From NCBI RefSeq assembly GCF_033153115.1, contig NW_026889778.1, forward strand, positions 2,728,001 through 2,792,000: a stretch of 64,000 nucleotides of DNA, given 5' to 3'. The notes under the pieces were generated by a model, which worked only from the letters and a program-made list of their open reading frames with translations, was not told the DNA's origin and searched no databases. How positions within the stretch are numbered: the first letter of the stretch is position 1; each line of letters begins with the position of its first letter. Source of the DNA: Saccostrea echinata (lineage: Eukaryota). Shown here piece after piece: positions 1 to 13,182 of this stretch. The translations under genes were made by a program, and so were the position numbers.

Positions 1-495
1 ATGTCCATTACCTTCAACAACCAAGCACGTATTGCCCAAAACACAAAGCAAACTCTGTGAGGAAAAACAAAAACCAATCCGAGAGCATAAGACAAATTAA
101 AAAAAAACCGATGAAATTAAAATATATATAATTACCATGGCCAGAATATAATTAGAGCCTTAAGGCTAACTCTGGACTTTTCTTGAAAATATCAATTTAA
201 AAATCAATACACTTAACTACAGGTTAAATGAATAATTATATACTTCAGTTGTAGAAGTGTGCTGCAAATAAAAAAATATATATATAATAAGTTTATGAAT
301 AAATGCATAATTATGCAATATACATTCCTATGCACATACAATGTATGCATGATAAATGAAAACATGAGTCTGTCACATTTTCATTAATAAATATAAAAAG
401 TCAAATGAACTTATTACAATAAAACGTTTGGAAATGTTTTAATGATTGTATCGTGTTTAAACTATCAATCTGACTATATGACTCTATGTTTGTAG

Positions 496-2681
496 GTGTG
501 TGGAGTAAAGATATTGGCTGCAAATTAACGCCATTTCGGAACGATGTGATACAAAATGGGTTTCTTTGGAATTGCAGCCATCAGAACTTGGATTATATCC
601 CTGCAATTCCAACTTCCAGAAATATCACAGCAGTGGATATGTCACACAATAATCTGAGACGGATACGGAAGGACACATTTACAAACCTGACTCCTGAAGT
701 AGAAATTTTATGGATGAATAATAATAGAATAAAAACTATTGAGGCAAATGCTTTCGTGGGATTAGAGCTAAAAGAACTTGACATTTCGAGCTGCGAACTT
801 GAACATGCATCAATATCCAGTGGTGCTTTCAATAACCTTACTCATCTCAGAATATTGTATATCAACAATAATTCCTTTAAATCCTACCCGGACGATGAAA
901 TCTCCAAACTGGAATCGCTGGGTAATCTGACAATTGATATATTTCCGGGATTTATATTTGGAGAAAAGTTTCTTTCGCTAAAACAACTGGGTCATATAAA
1001 ATTTGTACCACAAGGATTAATCACCCTAACGAATTCCTCGTTTCAAGGTCTACGTAATTCACCCATATTCTACTTGGATTTAGATTTGTTTAACCATGTA
1101 GCTGATTTCTGTGAGGATCTTAGTGAGGAGCTCTTTTGTTCGTTCCCTTACCTGAAAGGATTGTTAGTTTCATTCGGTATGAGCTGCAACATAAAAAGAA
1201 TTTTACGTACCTTGAAATGTCTTCAGGGTAAAGACTTGGAATATTTTCATTCTTCAAATAATCACGATGTGTACTTTGAGACATCTGTAATTATTACTGA
1301 TTCTGATGTTGAATACCTCAGAAATATATGTATAAAGGAGCTTATTTTGCGAAATAATGACATAGAAGGGATAAATTTTAAGCTTCCGCTTGGAAAGTTT
1401 CAAAGTTGTCTCCAAGTCCTTGACTTGTCATCCAACAATATACAGTTTTCCTCAAATTACAGATTGTGGATGACACTAATACTCTTTACGCCGAACATAA
1501 AAGTGATCAAGATTTGTTGTCAAAATGCAGATGTTTCAAATTCTAGAAATCGGGGTTATTCGACGTACAATGATCGAGTTTATAAACGTCGTGTAATGCG
1601 GAACAGAAGACGGGATCCTTATCATATTCTTCTTCCTCAGACACTAGAATACTTAGATATTTCAAATGCAGCTGATATCCGAACACAGGAAACAAATATA
1701 GTTGTTCGTGCAATAAATTTAAAGTTTCTGAACATTTCTAGGACAGAATTTGATATCCAGTATAGAGCCCGCTCGACATTTGTCAGTCTGGATTTCCCCT
1801 CCCTAATTGAGATGGATGCGTCCTATTGCACGTTAAATGCGAATTTTCTGTCTTTACAGAAATTAACATCGCTTAAGACTTTAACAGCTAGGAAAAGTGA
1901 TGTCATTGTTGTCTCTAGTTCTGTTAGAGAAAATATCTTACATTCTCTTCAAAATTTAAATCAAATTGATATTTCAGACAATTATATATCAAATATTCCA
2001 CGGAACTGTTTTGTTTTCCAGAGAAATTTATCCATCACAATTTTAATGGATAATAATGACATCAGCTCCGACGTTTTAGCGGCATTTCAAGTTCTGTCTA
2101 ATATAAGCAGATTATATATGCGTCAATTTAACAACGACTGGGATATTGATGACTTTAATTTGGAGCCCTTTCGTACCCTTCATGTCTCTCAAATGTACCT
2201 TGAATCTGATTGGTACAGTTGTTATTGTTATAAAAAGGACTCGCTAACTGCCATATGGAGAATTAAAGACAAGATTGCTGATTTGAATAAAATGTTTTGC
2301 AGATTCACGAATTCTGGAGAACAAAAAACCTTCCAGGAGCTATTTAGAGATGAATCGTGGAGAAGATTCCGCCTAAATTGCATTGTTAATGATTTTTTAC
2401 TTGGATTTTCTATCATATTATTGTCGACAACTGTCATTCTACTGATACCAGCTATGATTATTTTCAGATGTAGCATCATTTCACGTTGTAAAGCTATCAA
2501 TTTTAGGGAAAAATTAAGAAAAATACGTGCAAGATTTCAGGAGCTATGTGATGAAAGAATGAGACAGAGGGGTTATCGTTATTGTCCCGTACATACAGGA
2601 GAAAACCAGGGAACAGTTAGCACAGACAATGAACTTATTCCCCAGGAAACAGTAGGGTTGGAAAACAAGGAAAGCGAATAA
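496..2681 (+). CDS. Toll-like/LRR type-I membrane protein lacking a TIR domain (large terminal coding exon; signal-peptide exon probably upstream)
   Basis: ORF 486..2681. It has an LRRNT (C..CSHQNLDYIP), many LxxLxLxxN repeats, an LRRCT-like WYSCYC...FC...LNC, a hydrophobic TM (FLLGFSIILLSTTVILLIPAMIIF) and a ~70-aa tail, then a stop. There is no signal peptide at Met486, and a plausible acceptor tttgtag ends at 495. Confidence 0.85.
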
Positions 2682-3004
2682 CAGAATGCTGAAGAATTCA
2701 AAGGAATCTATAGGAGATCAAAGGATACTGAATATAACTGATACTGAATATAACAGCAAAGATATGCGAAGCAAAGAAAAATTCATACTGACTCCAGATT
2801 TTGTTTTTTAAATGTAATTGAAGTCCTAAACTAATGTAGTGTGTAAGGTTCGACTTTGAAGATTGTACATGGTGTACATGTACCTTAGTTACCTTGAATG
2901 TAAGATGTGTCCAGATTTTGGTAACCAACTTTCATCCTCGAAGAAGATGTGTATATCATAATCATTGTACGATTTACTTTTTTTTCGCCAAAGAAGTAGG
3001 CCTA

Positions 3005-3160
3005 TTATACACCTATTTATTGGTTATGACAATAGCAAGTATATTTTCCCCCAAAACAGCAACTATTTCCCGAGGCGCAGTCGAGGAAAATAGTTGCTGT
3101 CGAGGTGGAAAATAAACTTGCTTTTGTCCGAATAGTCAGTAAATAGGTGTTTTATTTTAC
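3005..3160. mobile_element. Palindromic non-autonomous element (Crypton-like fold-back)
   Basis: Long imperfect inverted repeat (acacctatttatt...agcaactatttcc cgaggcgcagtcg aggaaaatagttgct...taaataggtgt) centred on cgaggcgcagtcgag. The same architecture occurs at 18885-19030 and 58647-58783. Confidence 0.5.
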
Positions 3161-4090
3161 CGAAAAAGACTTTACTTGCCTCACATTAATTACGATCTGG
3201 ATAAAACCAGAAGAGTTCCGAGATGAAATGCGAGGGAAATGGAATGTTGTGGGTGAATAGTTCGATGACTATTTCACCATGGGCAAATAGCACAAAAACT
3301 ATTCCACGCTTCGGGCTGTTTAAAAAAAATAGCACCTTTATTCATCATATTTTTATAAAGAAAAAACTTACAGAGGCATAATAAACGGGTCTGTGTATTG
3401 TTTAGACTTACGGTATATATATATATATATAGTGTATATAATTATTGAGATGCGAAGTCTTACTTACCGGTATATAATATACTGTATATTGTTTTAATTA
3501 TTGACGGTGCTTCACATTTTTCATCCTGACACAATAATACAAAAGAGAAAGATGTTCGCTTCAACAGAACAATAATAAGGTACTATTGATGTGAAATTCT
3601 AGCATACAAACAAGTGACTTATAGCGTAGCTTATCAGGATAAAATTACAAAATCATTATCAATGTTTGTATGTGTGTTTAATTGTACATTGTAACTGTAA
3701 ATGTCGAGAACACAGGAGAGTTACATTTTACATGTTTTAATTGCATAGATCTGCGTCTCTCTCTCTCTCTCTCTCGTAAAATAATTACTCACAATAGTTC
3801 ACAATACTTAAATAAATTTAATGAGTGTGATGTGATTTGCGTTCTTTTTAATTTTTACATCAAATATTCAGAAGTATTTTCCTCTTTAAAGGTGGGACTC
3901 ATTTAGACAATTAAGTTCTAATCTATTTACCCATCATTCCTTATCTCTGGTAAATTGGTTTAATTTAAATATTTTAATATTTATTGAAATATTTCCAAGT
4001 ATAGAGTTTGGAATCCCCCTCCACCCGGTACCGACATACTAAGGCTCTTAAAATTTAACAATTAATATTCATGCGTCAATTTCACATGTG

Positions 4091-4402
4091 CTTGAGGACA
4101 TGACCCCCACCCCCTTCGATATAGATCACCGGACATTTTCGATTTCTTTTCTCTGAAATTATCTTTCAATGACACATTTGTGATATAATTTATATCAACA
4201 ATTCGAAAAATTACCTAAAACAAACATATTATGAAATCTACCCCACTCTCTCCATATAAATCAATTTATATATTATAGAGTGTGGTAGTAATTTTTATAA
4301 AATGTTTGTTTAAGCACAAATTTGTCATCCATAGATGATTTATGAGAAAAAAAATTAGAAAAGGCCCGGGGGTCTATATTGGAAGGGATCCCCTGTCCTC
4401 AA
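4091..4402. mobile_element. Fold-back MITE-like inverted repeat
   Basis: cttgaggaca...ttcgatatagatcaccggacattttc is matched by gaaaaggcccgggggtctatattggaa...tgtcctcaag. The degenerate arms are ~130 bp. Confidence 0.55.
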
Positions 4403-4586
4403 GAATCTGTGGTCAGTTCCGTGTTTGATGTCAACTATTTCTCATAAATGACTTCACCTCCAAGATGATGTAGGATTTTCTTACTTCATATCTAATAAAG
4501 CCTGCTTTCTGTGGATTCTGATCCGTATATTACAACAATGATTAAAAGTATTAAGCCAGAATCGAGAAACCCGAGAGATTCCGAAG

Positions 4587-6723
4587 ATGAACGAGCTCCG
4601 ATTACGGACTTTACTGCAAGATCGCTATAATACGGAATTCTTTTCCTTAGTTCACAAGATAAGTCGTCCATTTACTGGTAAGTTTCACTTAATTATTTTA
4701 TACTAAGTGATAAGTAGTTTTCATAATTAAGCTGGCATTTCTAGTTCCCCATAGGATAGCTAACCTACAATATCAAGAATTGGCTGTGAATGACATGTTC
4801 TCTTTGAAAATGGTTATACCGCCCATGCTTACTAGGCACATGGTTACATTTTCCCAATTATCATTTTCAATTTATTGACCAATCTTGTTTGTTAAATGCT
4901 ATTTTGTTGATCTGCAATATAACTACCCTCATTTAACATTATTATGTTATATACATATTTATGGTTATTCTTGTTTGCAAAATTTAAAAAAAAAAAAGAT
5001 TTTAATTTTTAATCGTTTTATTTCTACTTCAAATTCAAATGAACCGATTGAGTTTCTGTTGCCGTATGACTAATACTAAGACTTGTGCTGCACTTTCTGA
5101 TTTTTTTTTTTTTCATGGAATGAACTTAGTAATACATTTTGGCAACATGTGCGAACCACGCCGCATTCCAAGCCTGTGAATCTATTTAGCGTATGCATAA
5201 GACAATACACACGAACTGCACGTGCGCTATGAGGATAATAAGCAATTTACACGTGGCTTGTTGAATAAATTTAGTGTGTTTTGTGTTTTCCTCTTAATTT
5301 ATTATGATTCTTGGGTTTAACCGGGGTATTTTCTTCATTACACTTTATATGGTTTAGCAAAGAAAAAAGTGCATTGAATTTGGAGGTAATAAACCCAAGT
5401 TCATACAGTGTCAATACTACAGATCTCGACGAAGAAAAAAAAAACCATCATCATTTTAGCTCAGTCATGTCCTTGGAATCAGAACAACGGATTTAGAATT
5501 TTTGATGGAAGTTACATAATTTTGGGCGTGTAGAAAATTCATTCAAAAGTAAGAATATCATGAAAAGTACCTCATATATAAATAACAATACCTCAATACC
5601 TCTGAACTTAAAAGGACGAATCTGCCCCTAAAACTATTGTACACTGGGAAAATCCCCCCCCCCCCCCGTTTTATTTTCGCCCCTTTCGCCCTACTCACTG
5701 GTAAGCGAATTTAAAAAACACAGTATAACTTCTAAAACAGAATTGTGACTGGGCGAATTTAAAACAGGGCAAAATTATTAGCAAGTATGTTAGCGCGAAA
5801 ACAACACGGGGCGAAAATAACCCTGTATAAGTAGTTCATATGGACACAGTCTTAAAAAAGAATAGAATTAATTGTCTTGTAGTAAGCACTTTTTGGAAAT
5901 CGAAGAAATAAAAGCCAACATTACCTCGTTGCTTTGTCAGGAACACACGCTAGTCCTTACAAGCGGAGAAAAGGTCTTTAAAACTCTTGATTTTATACTG
6001 CGGCTATTTTCAGTTGTACCATAGATATGTTAAAAGTGTGGGTTATCTGTACATAACCAACAGTATTATATGGAATAACTACTACGAACTCCAAGCTATC
6101 CTAGCATCCAATCATTATTCTACGGCTATTTTCAGGGACACCATGCTATTCTAACATCCAATCATTATTCTGCGGCTATTTTCAGGGACATCATGCTATT
6201 CTAAAATCCAATCATTATTCTACGGCTATTTTCAGGAACACCATGCTATTCTAACATCCAATCATTATTCTGCGGCTATTTTCAGGGACACCATGCTATT
6301 CTAACAACCTCGCCTGCCATCCTACTGTTGGAGATATGCGAAGTGCCCTGAAAGTGAAAATACAAAATGCCATTAATTCAGCAGTTCTTGTTGAATCTGA
6401 GGATCGTGGGATATTTGTAGGGGGTCGGAGGAGAAACAGGAAAAAGAAACGAACCAAACATGGTAAACACAAACAAACAAACAAAATAACCAATAATGGT
6501 TCATGGTTACAAAGGAATAATAGTCATTTCGGGCTTTGAACTTGAGCTCATAAAGAAAATTTTCCTCAGTGAGAGTTATCTCTCTTATCAGACGAAGAAT
6601 GACCCTTAACTATAAGATATACTAGTAGTTCGCTTTATCTATTGTTATTCTGTGTTACGTGTATCTAGCTGAAAGTTTAATATTTGAAAATACTTGTATA
6701 TTGTTGTTTTTTCTTCATTTGTT

Positions 6724-6783
<60 letters not shown>

Positions 6784-9700
6784 ATTCATTTAAATATGTA
6801 CCAATTGATAATCTACTTTTCGTACATTCTTTTCAATGTTTAAATGTACCTGTATTTGTGCCTTGATCTATATGGAGAGAACGATCATAGGCATTTATGC
6901 CTGCTGTTCAATCCATTTCATTGATATGAATAAAATATGTTTTAAACTAATTTAATGGTTTTAATACATGTTGATATAATTTTTATCACTTATTTTGCAA
7001 ATTTAATGATATTAGATACATGTATGACATTAATATTATATTATTTTGATTTTTTAATTAGTTAAAACAGAAAAGAAGAAAACAAAGAGGTCAGAGGTCG
7101 GAAAGGGATCCCCCAACCTGACGGATAAGAACAACAGAGGTAACGTCATCGTCATTAGGAAATAATGAGAACGGCCCTAGGGCCGATTATAAGTCGATCT
7201 TAATTGTACATTCATTATTATTTCATATTTAAAATAAGAGATACAAAATAAAAAGTAAGCAAATGAAGTCAAGCATACCTGGCAGAATTTAATAGAAAAC
7301 ATTGTTGATGATGATCTTTTTTTCATAATGAGGCTCCTTCAATGAAAAACAATAACAAATGAGATGTGAGATACCAAATGAGATGTGAGATGACAAATGA
7401 GATGTGAGATGACAAAAGAGATGTGAGATAACAAATGAAATGAGAGATAACGAATGAGATGTGAGATGACAAATGAGATGTGAGATGACAAATGAGATGT
7501 GAGGTGACAAATGAGACGGGAGTTGACAATAAGATGTGATGTATAATTCATTAGAGGTGTCCCGGTTTTCTCTGCCCTTTTTTGTCCAAAATTGCATTTA
7601 GAAACGGATGTTGATATCGATTATAGATACAGAATTTACAAGTATTTTACAAAAGAGTGCAAGGTATCAAGGATGGTGTTCATATAATTTAATATGAATA
7701 GATTCAACAATTCATTATTGTGTGTTCATACATAATGCTTACATACTGAAAATAAATATCATTTTTTCGTTCAGAAATCAACTTTTAAATTTGAATTATA
7801 TTTCACATGATAACACCTAGCCCTGGGTCATTTGATCAGATATAAATGTTATGTAGATACATACATCTAAAACACTGGACCTGGTAATTTGATAATTCGT
7901 CAATAAAATATGTGTAAAAACCGGCGGCCTGGCAACATCTGTATCCGTGTAATGTTTGTGAATTGTACAGGTAATACTGAACAGTCCATGTTGTTATTCA
8001 TTTGTTACTGTACAAGGTAAATACTTATACATTCCCTCTGTATGCGAGGTGTCTTACCTGTACGGGCGGACAAACAACTCAACAATCTCCAATATACACG
8101 TAAGTATCTAAAAAACACCTTAACAATCTCCAAAATACACGTAAGTATCTAAAAAAAAATTACGAATTTGAATTTGTTGCTCATTATTTATCATTTTTAC
8201 ATCGCTTTTACCTTTAGGCCATACCAAGTTTTTTTTCTATGTTTAACGTTCGAGTGCGCTTAATTTGGTTTTTTGACACCCCATGTCATAAAAAACAAAC
8301 AAAATCAGAAGTCATGAAATTGATTATTCAGGTCGAAATCTTTTAATTCTGTTAATTTCTCTAAATATTTGTCTACAATATGTCATATTAGGTATATTGT
8401 AAGCATTTTAATACCTTGATTTTGCTAAAGAATAGATCTTTCTATGAGAAAAATAGATTAATGAAATCAAATCCTTTGAATGACGCCATTTTTATGATTA
8501 TAAAGTCTGTGTTATAATTTTTTGGCTTGTGTGTTTTTTGCGAATAAGTAGGTAGGTTTTTGAAGACGACAAACATCTTTTTCGCGATTAATGGTAGAAG
8601 TACATTATAACGTAATAATTCGCCTTGGAATAAAGTGTCTGTCTTACATACAAGAATTGTCTGTTTTCTGTTGTTAGTTGTCCAACAGAAGTCAGTGGAA
8701 GAAGACACCAAACCTCTGATCGAGTCAGGATTCTGTGACAGTATTATCTCCCTTGAAGACGTGCTTGGCCTTGACCTTGAGGAAGAAGAAGAGGAGGGGA
8801 TCCCGCCTCTTGTGGAGAGTGGAATCAACTTTGGTCCCCTTGTGCAGTATACATATGCAGTTCCAAACATCACAGATTACATAGAACAGATAGAATCTAA
8901 CGATGTAAGTGTCTAGTAACACATCAATTAATAACCAAATTTTTTTTCTTGGAAAGAAAGGAAAAACACACTTCTCCTAAAAATCATTGTATTCTAATAT
9001 TCCCGAGTATATCCATTTGTTTTGATATTTTTTATATCAATTATACACTCAAAACTTTAATGCACAACGTTAAGCTCGGCAAAGATTCAGCTCAACTGGA
9101 AAATTGGACTGATGCCTTCATAAGGCATAAATCCAAATATCCAGACTACATTAACATTAGCGTTACAATAAGTTAATATATACTCTACACACACAGATGC
9201 CGTTCTTTAAAAAGAAACAATCACAGGAAGATGTTGGACAGCTGCAAGAAAAATCAAAAGAACAAGTCAACACTAAGGAAGAATCCGAAGAACAAATTGT
9301 GGAAATCAGAGAAAACAAAGTAGAGCAAATCAAGGAACCGGAAACGGAAGATGTAAACCAAAGCGAGGCTAAAGAGAAACATGACTCATCCCCGCAGGAT
9401 GGGACGGATGGTGGCACTAGTTTTTCAACAGAGGATGGCAAGGCGACGCCAGCGAATGGCGAAGTTAAAAATCCTGAAACAACTCTAGACAAGACAGAAA
9501 CAGAAGAAAAACAGACACTGGTCGAGGATGGCATCACCACAAAATACGAAACCGAGGTTGATGGCGTCGTCATCGAAACAGAGCAAGTAAGTTTATCTAT
9601 TTCCGAACTAAACTTATCCCGTAGATCAATACTGATCGTTAGTTAACTTTTGGACACCCTTTTTACGACCAAAATTGTTATAACACTTTTTTCATGGTAG

Positions 9701-9919
9701 GGTTGATTCTGGATGGAAAAAGTCAAAATAAATATTCTTCATTCACTTAATATGTATCTGATTCTGTCTGCTTTTGTGTTTATTTTTTGTTAACTCTCTT
9801 GATAGAAAACCGTTGCTGCTGTAACAGAACAGCCGAACGGAAAGCAGGTCTCTAAAGAGTCGTCTCCCCTGATTACTAAAGAGGACGATGGGACGTGTCT
9901 GTGCTGTACAATCCTTTAA
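4587..9919 (+). CDS. Acidic, low-complexity protein (~355 aa) with C-terminal CLCCTIL (CaaX prenylation plus palmitoylation) motif
   Basis: Phase-consistent GT-AG exons 4587-4677, 6286-6462, 7071-7139, 8678-8904, 9197-9586 and 9806-9919 total 1068 nt and are open throughout. The last exon reads KTVAAVTEQPNGKQVSKESSPLITKEDDGTCLCCTIL*, with AATAAA at 10461. The last three exons are better supported than the first three. Confidence 0.65.
5637..5829. mobile_element. Degenerate Tc1/mariner-type MITE
   Basis: The left end with ttttattttcgccc is matched by gggcgaaaataaccctgtata at the right end; internal ttcgccc/gggcgaa motifs. Confidence 0.45.
6101..6305 (+). repeat. 50-bp tandem repeat (4 copies) spanning a splice acceptor
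   Basis: Unit ctaacatccaatcattattctgcggctattttcag|ggacaccatgctatt, with AG ends at 6135, 6185, 6235 and 6285. Confidence 0.9.
6727..6780. repeat. (TC)n microsatellite
   Basis: Seen directly. Confidence 0.95.
7352..7545. repeat. ~19-bp minisatellite (gagatgtgagatgacaaat)n
   Basis: About 9 degenerate copies in an intron; they generate the spurious SHLICHLT ORFs. Confidence 0.9.
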
Positions 9920-10645
9920 GTAGAAAACAAAAGACTCAGCCGATTTTGTTTCGTCGGAACTTAAACTTTCGATAGTCAGCGTGACTGTACAAGACTAAGA
10001 ACTTGCATGTTTATTGTGATTTTTTTTAACCGCTTTCAATTGATAGCGTTTTTGGAATGTTTTTCAACGTGGCGAATTCATTTAGGTGTCTTATCCATTG
10101 TTTCAATCAATCTAACTGAACATTGATATACTGAAATGAATATAATTTTTCACAGGGGACAGAAGTTTATTCAGGTTTTAGAAGAAAAACAACGTTTCAA
10201 TTTAAAAAAATGAAGAAAAAAAAATGTTTAGAAACCACAGAGCATAGACCACGTGATGAACTTGGTCACGTGACGGACTGGGTACACTATTTGTTTTTAA
10301 GAAGGAATATGCATTTTCATTATACCGTTTACATTTGTACCATTTTTTGTGCTTAAATGCAGTCAGACCTTTAATAGAATGTCGACAGATTTAGCTTACT
10401 TATCATTCGATGATGATTGCGATGTTTTTCCAACTCAGTATATGTTTATTGTGTGGCTTGAATAAAAAGTAATCGGTTTATAGTACACAGCAATCTTAAC
10501 ACTCCTTTGTTTTTATTTATTTCATTTATTTAATTATTAATTTATCTAATTTTTTTTTTTTTGGTCACCTGATTTTTGAGTATATAGTGTCAATTTGAAG
10601 TATTTTATTTTCGTAATGAAAAGCTGTATCATGACCTTTCAGTAT

Positions 10646-10850
10646 CCTTTCTAAGCCCCATTCTTAACTCCTTACAAAAATATGGACTGCTGTAAAGGAG
10701 AAACTTCAGACGTACTGTGCTACAGCATATTCTGGAAGTGGTGTAAATCAGATATGGATTCTCAAAAACTCAAAAGAACTTTTAGAAAATTTATTTAAAC
10801 GTACGATTTTTCTACAATTTATACAACCATTTCTCACGATTTATGAATTA
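10646..10850 (+). mobile_element. Degenerate Penelope-like retroelement RT fragment (5' part)
   Basis: Translates TKIWTAVKEKLQTYCATAYSGSGVNQIWILKNSKELLENL and then TYDFSTIYTTISHD, which matches the YDFxxLYTxIPH RT motif. Confidence 0.7.
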
Positions 10851-10949
10851 AAAAACAAATAAAAAGCTGTCAATATGACAGCAAACGGGATTTCTTTGTG
10901 TGAACAGAACTGGTATTTTTCGAAGAAAATTATAAAACTGTTATGAATT

Positions 10950-11472
10950 TTACACTTTTTACCAATGACCTTAAACTTGCTGGAATGACCTGGTCAAGGT
11001 TATGACACACCCTCAGGTCATAAACAAATACATGTATGAGCTTTCAATGATTCTCCATTACAAAGTTACAGCCAGAAAAAGAACTTTATACTTTTTCTGC
11101 TAGTTACCTTGAACTTGTCGGAATGACTTTAATTCAAGGTCAAGACACATGGATCATAACAATCATTGTACTCAGTGTGAGCTTCCAGTGATTTTCAATT
11201 CAATATTTTAGCATGGAGAAGAATTTTATACTTTTTCATCTAGTGACCTTGAACTTGCTGGAATGACCTTGGGTCAAGGTCTTGAACACATTTTCGGGTC
11301 ATCAGCAATCTCTGTACTAAGTATGAGCTTAATTTCAATGTTTCTCATTTACAAAGGCATAGTCCGGAGAAGTTTGCAGGGACAGACGGAGAGACAGGTG
11401 GACGGACAGGCGGACAAGGTGATTTCTATATACCCCCCCCCCCCCTAAATTTCGTTTGCAGGGGGTATAAAA
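10950..11472 (-). mobile_element. Non-autonomous Helitron/Helentron-like element with internal ~135-bp tandem units
   Basis: Repeated tgaccttgaacttgctggaatgacc units, a gacagacgga microsatellite and the terminus ttcgtttgcagggggtataaaaa. Confidence 0.55.
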
Positions 11473-11658
11473 AGTTCTTGAAAACGGATATATCCAGACA
11501 AATGGAGTACCCTACATGCAATATTTTGAAAAAAATGACGAAGCTCGAAAGCTGGTATTTTTCTCTTTTGAAATTGATCTGCAAAACAAAAAAGTCCCTC
11601 AGTAGCTTGAAAACTGTAAGAGGAGTAACCCGGACAAAAGGAGTACCCTATGCGCAAT

Positions 11659-11690
<32 letters not shown>

Positions 11691-13182
11691 CTAAGTTCAA
11701 AAGCTGGTATTTTTCTCAAAAATTAAAATCCAAGCAGTATTTTTTTCAACTGATCTGCAAAACAAAAAAGTTCCTAACTTGAAAACTGTAGGAGGAGTTA
11801 TCGGAACAAACAGGATACACTTTTGGCAGGCGCCCGCCCACCATTTTCAGGCGCGTAGCTGCCGATACGCAAATACGCAAGTGCGTACACATCATTTTCA
11901 GAAAAAAAAAAGAAAAGAAAAAAGAGAGAATTATTCGGAGAAAAAAATCTCAGTACCATCCAACAAATAATTGTGTTTCAAATTATTCTGTGTCATACTG
12001 TGTCGATTTAAATTTTAAATTATCATGGTTGTATGATAAAATTTGAAATCTTTTATTAAATAACCGCCAAAACCATATAAATCATTCATTATTTTGTCAT
12101 TGTTTTATCATACATTGATATTGTTTAAAAGATCTTTGAAAAATTAAATTTCAGCCACATCGTTGAATGCTATCATCTACTGACTAGTATGATTTACAAT
12201 ACGATATTTTTTGTTCATAATTGAAATTTTGTATACGTGTTTTTAAACGTTAGGAATGATTATATGATACCAATTAATATATCGGTTAAATTTTTAGCCT
12301 CAGTTATATGTAGAATTAGTTTCCATGGAATATTAATTTTCGTTAAAACAAAAAATATTACTATGTCTTTAATTCCTAAACAAAAGCTAATTGGCGTAAT
12401 TTTTATATTTCACGAAAATGAATGAAATATTTGGTAAAATTCCGGAGCTTCTGGGCCCTCACCAGCAGGCACCTAGTATCAGGGGAGCCTCCCCCTTCTT
12501 TTTCCCAAAACCTAACCTTTTACTATTGAAAATGTACATTGAAAGGGTGGACCCCCACTGTTTGTTGCACCATTGTTAAATCATGGTAATTTGGTAATGT
12601 ATTAATAAAAATTAGGTTTGGACACCCCCTTCCCCCTCAACAAACACATGCACACAAGAAATAGGACTTCGAATTTTGACAATCTTCCTTTTTCCTCCTT
12701 CCTAGTCAAAATTTTTAAAGTTGTGATTTTTTCCTGGCTGGCAAAAACTGTATTACGTGCCTGACCAGCTAGAGCCCTTAAACACTGGAGGGGGGGGGGC
12801 TCAAGACCCCCCCCCCCCCAACCCCCTGCCGTTCTCTGCGTACACATCATTTCTATTCTGGCTACGCGCCTGATTTTCACCATTTCAATAACCGGATTTT
12901 TCCTTCGAAAAACCCGGTTAACTTGGCTTTCTTAAGCATATATATACAACTGTTTCTTCAATAAAAGTGGAAGTCGACTTCACAAGAAACGATTGGTCAT
13001 TAACAAAATTACTTCGTTAAAAGTCACTCTGATTCTACACATAAATTAAAAACTAGATTTTTTGATATCATAGACAACTGCATCTTTAATTAAAATGGAA
13101 CTCGGAAGTTTTCGTATCTTGTCATTGCTCATCAAAACAACTATTTTGTTTAAAATCATTCTGATTCTAAACAGAAGGCTCT

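Noticed and set aside
7289-7597. His/Ser-rich minus-strand ORFs
   Set aside because: Translation of a 19-bp minisatellite.
8689-8904. Acceptor at 8688 for the fourth CaaX-gene exon
   Set aside because: Out of phase with the upstream exon; the acceptor at 8677 keeps the frame open.
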